A DNA stretch of 64,000 nt from Eledone cirrhosa. Its lineage: Eukaryota. Both the position numbers and the translations under genes were made by a program. The DNA lies in the NCBI GenBank assembly GCA_964016885.1, contig OZ024754.1, positions 38,068,001 to 38,132,000 of the forward strand, given 5' to 3'. The notes beneath the pieces were generated by a model. That model had not been told where the DNA came from. It searched no databases and saw nothing but the letters and a program-made list of their open reading frames with translations. Of this stretch, positions 51,401 through 63,072 are shown piece after piece; within the stretch, counting starts at the first letter, position 1, and the number at the start of each line of letters is the position of its first letter.

Positions 51401-51575
51401 AGCATTCATTATAATTATGTATCGATTATAACATTAACAGGAAAAAATCAAACTGCAAGGAAATGATAAGAAAAAACAGAGTTTAATTTGAAAATGTGAA
51501 AGTCCTAAAAGCAGAAAATTGTAATAAGTCAATATTTATAAGTAATAGTTGAGAAAATTGGGTAGATTACCCTTA

Positions 51576-51830
51576 AAATAATAATGAACAATGGTTGTGT
51601 ACAGTGCTCAGGTGCACTACAACTCATCAAAGGTGCATGTATAGTAAGAACAGTGTATGAGTCATGATATACAAACACACACACGGAAGTTTTGAAGGAT
51701 GCAGTGTCCCGACAGCAAACAACCAATGCAGATAGTTTGTTCCATGCTTCAGCAAGTCTGAGCGTGAAAAAGATTTTTCCGAAAGTCATGGGAACTGTAC
51801 CATTTTCTGATTTTGTAAGTATGTCCACAG
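51576..51830 (-). mobile_element. CR1 3' fragment inside the RNase T2 3' UTR
   Basis: FFTLRLAEAWNKLS..CRDTASFKTS plus CR1 3' UTR. Confidence 0.8.
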
Positions 51831-51990
51831 ACATAAGGGTAATCTACTCAATTTTCTCAACTACTACTTATAGTAATTGACTCCTATTACAGTTATTTTC
51901 TGCTTTGGGGACTGTCACATTTTCAAATTTCAAGCACTCCTAGTGCTTTGATAACTCATAACTTTTATAATTCCATTTGATAGCCACATT

Positions 51991-52182
51991 TTAATAGTTC
52001 ATTGTAGCTACAAGTAAAAAAAGAATGGTGAAAAGAAGTCCAGTGCTTCCAAAATGCTGAGGACTTCCACTGGGCAAGTATTTCACTTCAGAATTCATAT
52101 TACAATTTTTATATTGGTTACAGTTAATTTGTTGAAAGAATTTGTCGAAACAAGTGTAAACTTCGGTGATGTAGATTACATT
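51991..52182 (-). CDS. RNASET2: RNase T2 last coding exon with hydrophobic C-terminal tail
   Basis: atcttcag| acceptor; EVYTCFDK..INC...C..VKYLP family end, followed by SGSPQHFGSTGLLFTILFLLVATMNY*; TAA at 51993-51991. Confidence 0.92.
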   Translation of the reverse strand, partial: NVIYITEVYTCFDKFFQQINCNQYKNCNMNSEVKYLPSGSPQHFGSTGLLFTILFLLVATMNY

Positions 52183-55100
52183 CTGAAGATATAAAGAAAA
52201 TACATATAGAACACAGCAAGTTCAGGAAACAAGACAGAAAACAGACTAAAACATTTTTCAGAGCAGACAAAGTTAACAGGGAAGTAGGGAAAATATTTTA
52301 TAGAGCAGGAGAGTCATGGGCTCTCTAGAAGTGGGGAAGGGTCAGGAAGTTTTAATCCTTTTGATACCAAACCACCCTTGGTTCTACAATATAAATAATT
52401 TTAAGGGGCTTATATTTAGCTAAAATCTTTCTATCATAATTCTATGTAAGAACCTTTGTTAAGTTATGATCTGAATACCAGTTCAATATTAATTTTCTAC
52501 AAGAAGAGCAATTTTGTAGGGAAGAGAATGGAAAGCAGGGCTGGATTTAATGGGGGAGGGACAAAGGGGGCAATTGCCCTGGGCCTCCTGCAGTGTGTGT
52601 GTGGGGGGGCTCCATTAGTGATGGTCATAGCAATTTATTTATGCCCTCAGCTGGGCTTTTTAGTTTTAGGATGGTTAGAATTTTTGAATTTAATACCTGT
52701 ATGTATAACTTTTCAATTCCAATTACTTGCGCCAAGGTGACTTTGATATGTAAAAGTGTGTGGGGGGGGGGGGGGGGGGGGCTGTGTATTCTAATTTTTC
52801 GTGCATGATCACCCCCCACCCCCACCCCCAAGGTCTAAATCCAACCATGGGGGAAATTTGAGTATATCAACCCAAGTACTTGTCAAGTATATCAACTTTG
52901 GAAGGATTTGCCAATTTGCACTCAGCACAAAGAGCAAGAACTGTTAAGAACTTGTCCAATGTTTGTTACAGACATAATAATGATAATAATAATGAAATAT
53001 TGTGTACAGTGCTCAGGTGCACTACAAATGTAACTCAACTGTATAGAAACAAGATGAAATGAATTCCTAACATCCTGTAATGTATGTATGAACCTGTAAT
53101 TGTTAATGGAATCTTAAAGATACCGTTGTGACATAAAGTGTGTCCTGGATACTTTAAACCTGTCAGAGTCAACCTCCTCGCCAGTTCGGAACACAGCCAA
53201 TTTCTTCCAGAGAAGGAGAGAGAGAGGAAGTGAGAAAGAGATATAGAGGAAGAATTGATCCCAGTAGTGAACTGGTACTTTTTTTTATCAATCTCGAGAG
53301 GATGAAAGGTAAAGTTGACCTTGGCAGAATTTGAACTCAGTTAGTGCAGAGAACGTGAATGAATACCACAAAACATTCTGATATTCTAACAACTCTGTCT
53401 ATTTGTTATATGTAACACCTGTAATGTGTCATGTATGGCAAGTTTGTTAATCAAAATATTTATAGTATAATTACTAGAAGACAGATTGTTATGAAAATTG
53501 TCAGTGTAATTTTTAATCTGAAGCAGTCATAGTGCTATTTTATACTTTTCATGAATGTCTTGCTAATGTGGATTCATGTGGAACAGGACTTTAAGAGTTA
53601 AACACTAGATAACTTTGTTTATTACAGAAGAATCTCTACTTACATCAACCTTGTTACATTTCAGAAGAAACTGGTAATTAGATAAATCCTTCAGAGCTTT
53701 CTGCATGTCAGCCAACTACAAAAAATAATAGCAAAACTCTGAATATCAATAACAAAAACGAGCTGAGAGAAGGCAATGCTGGTATAGACATGTGGTGCAT
53801 ACGGAGGATGAGCCGAAGAGGTGCCAGGGGAAGGAAGCTGAATTAGAGGAAGGCCAAATCAAACCTGGGCAAAGTTGGTGAAAGCAGATATCACAGAGGA
53901 TGTTTGGAGGGAGACTGGGCTAGAAAAGACATATTCGACCCATGTAAACACGGAAAAATAGACATGATGATGATGATGATGATCTGATTATGATGTGATG
54001 GTGATGATGATCTGATTATGATGTGATGATATGTTCATGATGTGATGATATGTTCATGATGATGATGATAATGAAACCCCATATGTGAAGGAGGTACATA
54101 GTCAGTTGAGTCAACATTAACACATTGGTGGCACTTTATTTACCTTTGACAGTGATGACCAAATTGACTCTGGCAACACTATTGATCAAGAGTCATCAAA
54201 ATACTGTGTTATTTAGTGAAGCACAATTATTTTCCCTCCTATACACCAGCAACCCTTGGAATAAATGATTGTTTCTACTTTTGGCACAAGGCCAGCAATT
54301 ACCCAGTGCATTACTGGTACTTTATTTTATCGACCCCGTAAGGATAAAAGGCAAAGTCAACCTCGGCGGGATTTAATAATAATAATAATTGTTTCTACTT
54401 TTGGCACAAGGCCAGCAATTACCCCAGTGTATTACTGGTGCTTTATTTTATAGATCCCGCAAGGATGAAAGGCAAAGTTAACCTCAGCGGGATTTGAACC
54501 ATAATTCTATACTGCAAAGCATGTCTGATGCTTTACCAATACTGCTAAATGACTATGTCAGCTCTGTTTTAACCTGATGTAGAGACAAGAGAGAATACTT
54601 TGACTATGTCAGCTCTGTCACATCCTGATGTAGAGAAACAAGAGGCAGCCTCAACAAGATGTCTGTGTCACTCTGAGACAGCCTCAACAACAGATCTCTA
54701 TGTCACTCTAAGACAGCCTCAACAACAGATCTCTATGTCACTCTAAGACAGCCTCAACAAGATGTCTATGCTACTCTATGACAGCCTCAACAAGATGTCT
54801 ATGCCATCCTGAGGCAGCCTTAACAACAGATCTCTATGTCACTTTATCTCTGGCAGTTTCACATATTTCACTCTCCTAAAGTCAGATGTCAAGACTTAAC
54901 CCTTTTATGCTCAAACCGGCCAGAATTCTCTACCTCTTTCTGTTGAAACTGGTTGTAACTGGTCACTCAAACTGATGTTAAGGTATTGTTCTCAAAATAA
55001 ATACTTTCAAAATCTCATAGATTCGATATTATATGAGATAATTATGTGAGATTTATTCATTTACCATGAAAATACAATAGTATATATAAAATAATGTGAA

Positions 55101-58100
55101 TGCTAAAGGGTTAAGGCAACCATCAATTTGATTCCCAAAGCTTGGTTTTTGTGGGTTGTACAGACAAGTATTACTGAATCAAATCTTTCTTGATCATTGT
55201 GTTAAGTAGTGGGTAGGAACTTGTTTGCCGATATACATATTGATTGGTGATATAGTCTGCTCTGCTGATGTAAGGTATAATACACACGTCATCATCATCA
55301 TTTTTACGCCTGCTTTTCCATGCTTGCATGGGTTGGACGGGTCTTTCTCAGTATGTTATCTCTCTGCTCATCGTGTTCCTTTGTCATCTCCTCTGTGAGT
55401 CTCAGCAATTTGAGGTTAGCTCTCACAACCTCTGCCCAGGTCTTTCTTGGTCTACCTTTACTGGGATTTCCTGGCATTTCTTCACCCAGTGATCATCACC
55501 CATGAGCCTCACATGTCCATACCAATGCAGTCTTCTCTCCTGCACACCACCTCAGCCAGTCCAAGCTCTGCCTTTCTCTCACACTTACATTGCACATCCA
55601 ATGAAGCATGGTAGCTACATTTCTCTCTATTCTACACACTGTAATCTACACACTTTAACAAGAAACCACATGTGTGTGTGTGGTTGAGTATGTGTATATA
55701 TGTGTGACATCTGAATATGTATCCTCCACCTTCAACTAACTTACTCTCTGCCGCTTGGTCCCGGCCAACAGGATGGAGAATACATATTAGCTATTACTTT
55801 CTTTTTTTTTGGCTCCTCCTTTCTCATGACATAAACAACTCACTGTTATTTATATTTTTATTTTATCTTTAAATTTAGCGCCTCCTATTTTAATGGCTTA
55901 ATAATAGTGTGATCACATTCAATTATCAATATGATATTGTCATTCACATGTTTCTTCCTTAGGAGACTTGCTTCTACTAAAATTTATATATATTTTAAAA
56001 TATCTCTGAATATATAAATGAGATGTGCAAAATATATGTTGAGGGAAGTCTTTGATTTTATGTTTGGAACTAAGTATATAGATGTACTGGACTGGAATCC
56101 TTGGTTCACCGAGAATCCTTGGTTCCCATGCTCTACTGAGTGAATTTTATTAAACCACCAGCACTAGGGAGGTTGTCACATCTTTGACATCACTGAAGAG
56201 TCCTCCCAACTCTTTGTTTGGCTCATTTACTATGGCTGGATGCCCTTCCTGTTACCAACGACTTTATAAAGTATACTAAGCCTTCATGTTAATGTATTTA
56301 TGTATATAATTAGACATATATTTGGGAATATTTGGGTCGATAAAATAAAGTACCAGTAACATACTGAGGTTGATTTAATTGACTTTCCCTTCGCCACAAA
56401 ATTGTTGGCCTAGTGCCTAAATCAGAAACCATTTAAATCTATTAAAACCACTAACCTTGTAAAGTTTATGATATGATGGGACAATATTTTTCTTCTTGAG
56501 AGCACTGCAATAGAATAAAATAGTAATATTAACAATTAGATCTTATCATCATCACCACCACCACCATTTAACATCTATTTTCCATGTTAGCATGGATTAG
56601 ATAAGTTGCCTAGTTACACTGCCCCTGTTAATGCCAACCACATTACAGTGAAGTGGGTACTTTTATTATTGCACTAAAAATGACCACCTGATAAGGTAGA
56701 CTGGGTGCTTTTTCATTGTTGTACCAGCACGACAACCCAGTGTTGACTGGTTGCTTTTTGTCATGTCACCAGCATGACCTCCATATACAACTGAATGGGA
56801 ACTTTTTGTTGTGTCACCAGCACGACCACCATATAGGGTGGACATTGTGCTTTTTGCCATGTTACCAGCATTACCACTTTATAGGGTGGACTGGATGCTT
56901 TTTGCCATGTTACCAACATGACTACTTTATAGGGTGGACTTGGTGCTTTTTTGCCATATTACCAATATGACTACTTTATAAGGTAGATACAAAATCGGGA
57001 TTCATTCAAAGGTGGATATTGGTGAATAAACAGAGACACTTACACCATTTTTCTCACTTATCAAACTTTATTTTTTTTGTGAAATTTAGTTTCTATATGC
57101 TTTCTTATTTAATCTTTTTTTTTAATTCACAAAGAGTCTAGGATGTAAAGAATTTAATTTTTTTTTTTTCACATACTTAAATATGTTGTATTTCTTTTGT
57201 AACTGAAGAACTTTTTCAAAATATTGAAGTTGGTTGAAGTTACTACATCTACCATGTTTTTCCCACTCATGTTTCCTGGAAAATAGAAGTTGAATTTGAA
57301 AACCCAATGCAGTGATTAAAAATATTGATCTTGAAAAGAAAACAGTCAAAAGAAAGACACATTATGCCTAAAAAAAAACAATAAAACAATAGGATGGTGA
57401 ATGGCAATGCTAAAATACCTTATATCATAGGTCTACTTGATAATACATTTGCTGGGGCTAAACAACAATATCATCTTAAGGTACAGACATTTCGTTAGTC
57501 CGGAGAACCAACTTGTTGAACCTGTGCTCATGTAAATGCATAAAAAAATGTTTACTCACAAAATGAAATAAAGAAAATAAGGAAAAAAAGGTGAGTTCTT
57601 AACAGGGGCAGGTAATGATCTAATTGGTCATTCATTTTCTATGTGCTTCTTGCACTCTTGCTCTTCTTTCTTTGCAGACCTCTTGGCTACCTTGTAAGTC
57701 TGATGAGCTGACTCCTCTGCTACTATACCCCATGCTCTCTGTCATTCTCTGAACCTCATTCTTTTCTCATCAATTCATTTTCTAACTACGTCTGACAAGT
57801 GACTTGGTAAACACCCACAAAATTATTAACCATCTTTCCAACAACAATCCTGAGGACCTTTTTGATTTCCACGTGTCTAACACGCGTGGGCATGCCTACA
57901 AAGTCAGAAAACAGCACAGTTCCCATGACTTTCGGAAACATTTTTTCATGTTCAGAGTTGATGAAGCATGGAACAAACTATCTGCATCAGTTGTTAGCTG
58001 TCGAGACACTGCATCCTTTAAAACCTCCATGTTTCCTGAAATTCGCCAACACTATACCTGATAGTCTCCCTCCATACACATGCACACTGTTCATTTTCCT

Positions 58101-61100
58101 GACATTTGTACATTATTCTATGTACTATACATACACCTTTGATGAGTTGTAGTGCACCTGAACACTGTACATAATAATTTCATTATTATCATTATTATTA
58201 TTATTATGGCCCTTGCCATTCTGAGTTCAAATCCCGCTGAGGTTAACTTTGCCTTTCATCCTTACGTGGTCAATAAAATAAAGTACCAGTAATGCACTGG
58301 GATAATTGCTGGCCTTGTGCCAAAAGTAGAAACAATTATTATTATACCATCTTGTTTACAAATGTCTTGGTGGTCCTTTTTGTATATCCACAGATATCAC
58401 CAACAGCTCTTAACAAACCACCTTCCAAAGACTTCTAAGAACTTGCAAGTTTGATTTGTGTCATATTTTAACATACTCAGTTTCTCTCAGAGTTTTTCTG
58501 ACTCATTTAACCTCTACACCTTCAATCTTGGTTGATAATTCCTCTGTTGAGCTCTCCTTCCAACTTTACTTCCTCAGGTCAGTTAAATAGATGAGGCTGT
58601 GTAACAACCTGAAATCAGACAACAATGGGCAAGAGACTGTTAACTTACCAGAAATTTTTATTAGGTTGAGAATAGCTTGGCCATTTAGCATCCATTTCCT
58701 TTCTTATGCTCTGATAATTAGAATGAAAATTTCAAAGAAAAGTTGTTGTTATTTTTTTTTTTACTGAAGGAATAAATATCAACAAAATAGTCCCTACAGA
58801 TGATGAGCAGGAACCAGTGGAGGAGATCAGATGCTACTGGTTAGATATAGTTGGGGTTTCCTCAACAAGGTTCCATGGCTCTGGTACTGTAGATTTGGGT
58901 GGAGGATGGAAACTCCATTATTCAGGTGTGGTGCCAGAAAAGACTGCCAGAATGTGTTATGGAGTGATTACCATTGGGAGAGAGGATTTGTCTCTTGAAA
59001 CTTTGGCTGAAAGAAAGGTCTGTGTAGATGATGCAAGTTTATGTGCCAAACAGAGAGCTCGAGTATAGATCCTTCCTTGATGAAGTCACTGCAGTGTTAG
59101 ATGTAGCTAGACTGAGTCATATATCCAATGCACATGTTGGAACCAACTACCTGACATGGAAAGGAGTGATTAGAAGGAACAGCAATCCCGATCTAACAGA
59201 GAAGCCATATTAGACTTCTGTTCTAGTAATCGGCTCTCTATTATGAACACTTTCTTTCAGCACAAAGACATCCATAAATGCACGATATAAGGGGAATCAG
59301 AGACGAGACAGAGATCAATAACTAATCTTTTTTTGCATGGCAGTGAGACCTGGGCATTGTGTGCAGAGGATATATGCAGACTAGAGAGGAACGAAGCTTG
59401 CATGCTCCGCTGGATGTGTAATAGTAATATACGTGAACGGCAAAGCATAAACGAACTAAGGAAAAAATTAGAAATAAGAGGGATCAGATGTTGTTTACTC
59501 GAGAGAAGGCTACGTTGGTATGGTCACGTGATGCGCATGAAAGACGATAGCTGTATAACAAAGTGCAGGGCAATAAAGATAGACGGTAGCCACGGAATAG
59601 GCAGACCCAGAAAAACCTGGGACGAGCTGATAAATTCTGACCTCACACACTTACACCTCTCCAAGACAATGTCACTGGACCGAGACCTTTGGCGGTACTC
59701 AGTAATAGAGAAGACCCGCCTTACCTAAACACAAAGTAAAACCTACTACAGTCAGTAGGCATCTCTAACAAAATACACCCCCGTCCCACCACCCCCACCC
59801 CATTCACACTGCCCCCTTCTATGTAAAGTTATGTTGGTGCCACAACATCCAGGCCGAAACAAATGAGATCGTGTAGGTGTCACGACAAAAAAACACACAG
59901 TCCACGCTGTAATGTGGCCGTGTAGGCAACACGGTAAAAACCTCCCAGCCCCACACTGTAAATGTGGTTGGTGTTAGGAAGGGCATCCAGCTGTAGAAAA
60001 CCCGCCAGACAGTCCTATGCGAGCAATGACAACCACTCTTGCCTCAAGTGGGAAAATGCCCGTCCAAACCCATGCAAGCGTGGAACAGGGACGTTAAACG
60101 TTGATGATGATGTCTCTGATCTCTTTGATTCTGTGTTGGATGTTCATGTTAAGAGAGGGATGAGCTGTCAACTGATCACCATCTAGTTATATGTAACCTG
60201 AGACAACCTAAAGCCCGCAAAACTCGCAGGTCCAGTTTGACCTACAGGATCGTGTGGGAAGCGCTGGCAGGTAAGGAAGTAAGGAATAGTAGCTGTGGTT
60301 TCTTAGATTTAAGCACCTCTAGAGGAAGTTTTTTTTCTTCAAATTCTATAAAACTTTTCCATGTGAAATGTCATGCATATGAATAAGTGGAATGTAGAAT
60401 GTGTGAGATGTGGAATATGTGGGATATGTGTAGAATGTAGAATGTTTCAAATGTACATGTATGAATGGAATGTAGAATCTGTGGGATGTAGAATGAGTGA
60501 GTTGTGGAATGTGTGAGATGTGTTGACTGTAGAATCTGTGGGATGTAAAATGTGTGAGTTGTGGAATGTGTAGGGTGTAGAATGTATTAAATGTAGAATA
60601 TGTGTAACATGAAATGTGTAGAATTTGGAATTTGTGGAATGTATAAAACATGTAATGTGGGTAAAGTAGAATTTTAAAACTGTGAAATGTCTAATGTGTG
60701 GAATGTGTATGCATGTATTCAACACATACACATGATTATGATTAACAAAATCTGCCTCAGGTGAGCTAAATAAGGGTCAATCTGTCTTACCCATGAATGA
60801 TGGATGCTAATCGATGAGGTTGATGAGATATTTATGTGTGTATATATATATATATGAAGTGTGTATGTAATGTATGATATGTGTATGTATATTACATATA
60901 TGGTATGTATATATATATATATGAAGTGTGTATGTAATGTATGATATGTGTATGTATATTACATATATGGTATGTATATATATATATGAAGTGTGTCTGT
61001 AATGTATGATATGTGTATGTATATTACATATATGGTATGTATATATATATATGAAGTGTGTCTGTAATGTATGATATGTGTATGTATATTACATATATGG

Positions 61101-62062
61101 TATGTATATATATATATGAAGTGTGTATGTAATGTATGATATGTGTATGTATATTACATATATGGTATATATATATATATGTGTATATCATTATCATTAT
61201 ATGTGCCTTTACGATCTGAGTTCAAATCCTGCATAGGTTAACTTTGCCTTTAATCCTTACGGGGTTGACAAAATAAAGTACCAGTAATGCACTGGGATAA
61301 TTGCTGGCCTTGTGCCAAAATTAGAAACAATTATCATTTTATGCGCATGCATATTATGCTGGTACCACAAAACATCCAGCCCTCACTGGAAAGTGATCGT
61401 GTAGGAGTCACAACAAAAAGCACCCAGCCCACACTATAAAGTGGATGTATAAAAGACATAGCAAAAAGCACCCAGCACACACTGTAAATGTGGTTGGCAC
61501 TATGAAGGGCATTCAACTGTAGAAAATCAGCCAGAAACTCTCCTATATGAGCCAACCCAACCCAACCCAACTTGCCTCTAAATGGGCGAAACCTGTCTAA
61601 CCCATGCTAGCATGGAAGATAGACATTAATTGATGATGATGATGATATATCGTCTCTGATGTTGTGAAGCAGCATCATCTGGCTCTTACTGGCCATGTCA
61701 CTCACCATGATGAACCTGCTGGAAGATTGCTCACCTGGACTCTGGATGCAAAGAGATGAGTTGACCGGCCATATATTTTATTGAAATCAATCATTGAGAT
61801 GGACAAGTCCTCAAAGGAACAGATCTACTTTATCAATGCCTCACCATCCCCCTCAAGGAATTGAGAGGAAAACGTAGAAGAGGAAGAGAAGAATAAGTTT
61901 ATCAAAAATATTCTCAGTTTGTAACATATTCTTTGTAGCCATTAGAAAATTGTTAAGGTTAATTTTAATGAGAAAATTTGAATGATTACCTCTAATTTAT
62001 TAATTTCAAAAGGAAAACTTCTTTTACAGTTTTGAGGACTTGAACCTGAAGTTTCAGAAGGC
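51991..62062 (-). CDS. RNASET2: Ribonuclease T2 family protein, 5'-partial: complement(join(51991..52182,53644..53715,56456..56504,57177..57275,58649..58710,61990..62062))
   Basis: Six GT-AG exons in frame: (W)PSETSGSSPQNCKRSFPFEINKLE SIRKEMDAKWPSYSQPNKNFW KHEWEKHGRCSNFNQLQYFEKVLQLQKKYNIFN ALKKKNIVPSYHKLYK LADMQKALKDLSNYQFLLKCNKVD NVIYITEVYTCFDKFFQQINCNQYKNCNMNSEVKYLPSGSPQHFGSTGLLFTILFLLVATMNY*. It has the CAS II motif FWxHEWxKHGxC and T2-like cysteines. The CAS I (HGLWP) exon was not found in the window. Family assignment is firm; one-to-one orthology to RNASET2 is untested. Confidence 0.92.
52536..52849. mobile_element. hAT-like MITE
   Basis: Imperfect TIRs cagggctggattta / taaatccaaccatg with G/C-run subtermini. 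Confidence 0.5.
53644..53715 (-). CDS. RNASET2: RNase T2 exon (LADMQKAL...KCNKVD)
   Basis: ttttttgtag| acceptor, GAT|gtaagt donor; 72 nt. Confidence 0.9.
54264..54500 (-). mobile_element. Two tandem truncated family A SINEs
   Basis: ttgtttctacttttggcacaaggccagcaattacccagtg occurs twice. Confidence 0.85.
54645..54843. repeat. ~32-35-bp tandem repeat (cagcctcaacaa..gatctctatgtcactctaaga), about 6 copies
   Basis: Seen directly. Confidence 0.85.
55289..55630 (-). mobile_element. Degraded RTE 3' fragment
   Basis: RRLHWYGHVR and RPRKTWAEVV remnants, (GAT)n tail. Confidence 0.7.
56456..56504 (-). CDS. RNASET2: RNase T2 exon (NALKKKNIVPSYHKLYK)
   Basis: attgcag| acceptor, AAG|gttagt donor; 49 nt; L...IxP motif. 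Confidence 0.88.
57177..57275 (-). CDS. RNASET2: RNase T2 catalytic CAS II exon (KHEWEKHGRC...YNIF)
   Basis: ttttccag| acceptor, AA|gtatgt donor; 99 nt; inside ORF 57122..57349. Confidence 0.95.
57782..58207 (+). mobile_element. CR1-clade LINE 3' part
   Basis: ORF 57804..58061 TRGHAYKVRK..RVDEAWNKL..EIRQHYT*, (ATT)n tail. Confidence 0.88.
58649..58710 (-). CDS. RNASET2: RNase T2 exon (SIRKEMDAKWPS...NFW)
   Basis: attatcag| acceptor, TG|gtaagt donor; 62 nt; M..xWP motif. Confidence 0.92.
58780..60290 (+). mobile_element. Old RTE APE-endonuclease remnant interrupted by a younger RTE 3' fragment (59333-60110)
   Basis: LDIVGVSSTR, QVYVPN, NAHVG and IMNTFFQHK before the insert; VLDVHVKRG..STDHHLV after it. 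Confidence 0.75.
60840..61180. repeat. ~65-bp AT-rich tandem repeat, 5 copies
   Basis: gaagtgtgt recurs at about 60856, 60923, 60988, 61053 and 61118. Confidence 0.9.
61990..62062 (-). CDS. RNASET2: RNase T2 exon (W|PSETSG...NKLE)
   Basis: ttgttttag|G CCT acceptor completes the Trp of HGLWP; GAG|gtaatc donor; 73 nt. Confidence 0.88.
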
Positions 62063-62554
62063 CTAAAACAAAATATAATAAATAGTAAAATATTAACTGT
62101 ATTGGCTTACTTTCCGGGCCCAAATAATGGGTTTAAATTCTTATAAGTGGGGGTTGGAATAAATGAGGCGGGATGGGTCAGTAATTGAATAGTGTATGTT
62201 CGTAAACGTGGGATTTTTTGTAATGTTCTTTTTTTTTTTTTATCATAATGTAAAACAAAATTATTAGATTCTCCAGCTGCTGTATCAATATGAAACACTT
62301 TAACAGTAAACTGGAGCAATGTAAAATAAAGTGTCAAGGAAACAACACATCACCCGGTCTGAGAATTGAACTCACAACCTTTTGATTGCAAGCCCAATGC
62401 TCTAACCACTAAGCCATGTGCCTCCATAATGTATATATGTTTATGCAATTGAAGAAAGCTGGTTGGTTGAAAATCTTAACAGATGTGATGCACTCCATGG
62501 TTTTTGTTCATTCGTATATCCCTATTTATTTTGTTATACTATATATGTGAATGA

Positions 62555-62850
62555 TCAAGCATAGACGAGTTGAGAGAGAAACTGTGTATAAACGGGATAG
62601 AAGACTGCATTGGTATGGACATGTGATGCGCATGGAGAATGACCACTGGGTGAAGAAGTGCCAAGTAAACCCAGTGGAAGCAAGACCACGAAAAACATGA
62701 GCGGAGGTGGTGAGAGCAGACCTCAGATTGCTGAAGCTCACGGAGGAGATGACAAAGGACTGTGACGAATGGAGAGATGCCGTGCTTAATAAGACCGGTC
62801 CCACCTTTGCAAGCAAGGAAAAGCGGACGTAAAATGATGATGATGATTAT
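62555..62850 (+). mobile_element. RTE 3' fragment
   Basis: RRLHWYGHVMR, RPRK, tail gaaaagcggacgtaaaa(tga)n. Confidence 0.8.
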
Positions 62851-62891
62851 GTATATGTATATATACACACAGTATATATATATATATAAAT

Positions 62892-63072
62892 AATTGTTTC
62901 TTCTTTTGGCACAAGGCCTGCAACTACCCAGTGCATTACTGGTACTTTATTTTATTGACCCCGTAAGGATGAAAGCCAAAGTTAACCTCGGTGGGATTTG
63001 AACTCAGAATGGCAAGGGCCGTAACTCTATGCGTCGCGTCCGACCCTCTACTGATACTGCCAATCCACCACC
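62892..63072 (-). mobile_element. Family A SINE whose 5' end runs into a tandem array
   Basis: Family A body followed by ctactgatactgccaatccacc. Confidence 0.85.

Noticed and set aside
60786-60830. Minus-strand IIHG followed by gtaag as the RNase T2 CAS I exon
   Set aside because: It lies downstream of the W|P exon at 62062, so the order is wrong; it lacks LW and has no good acceptor.
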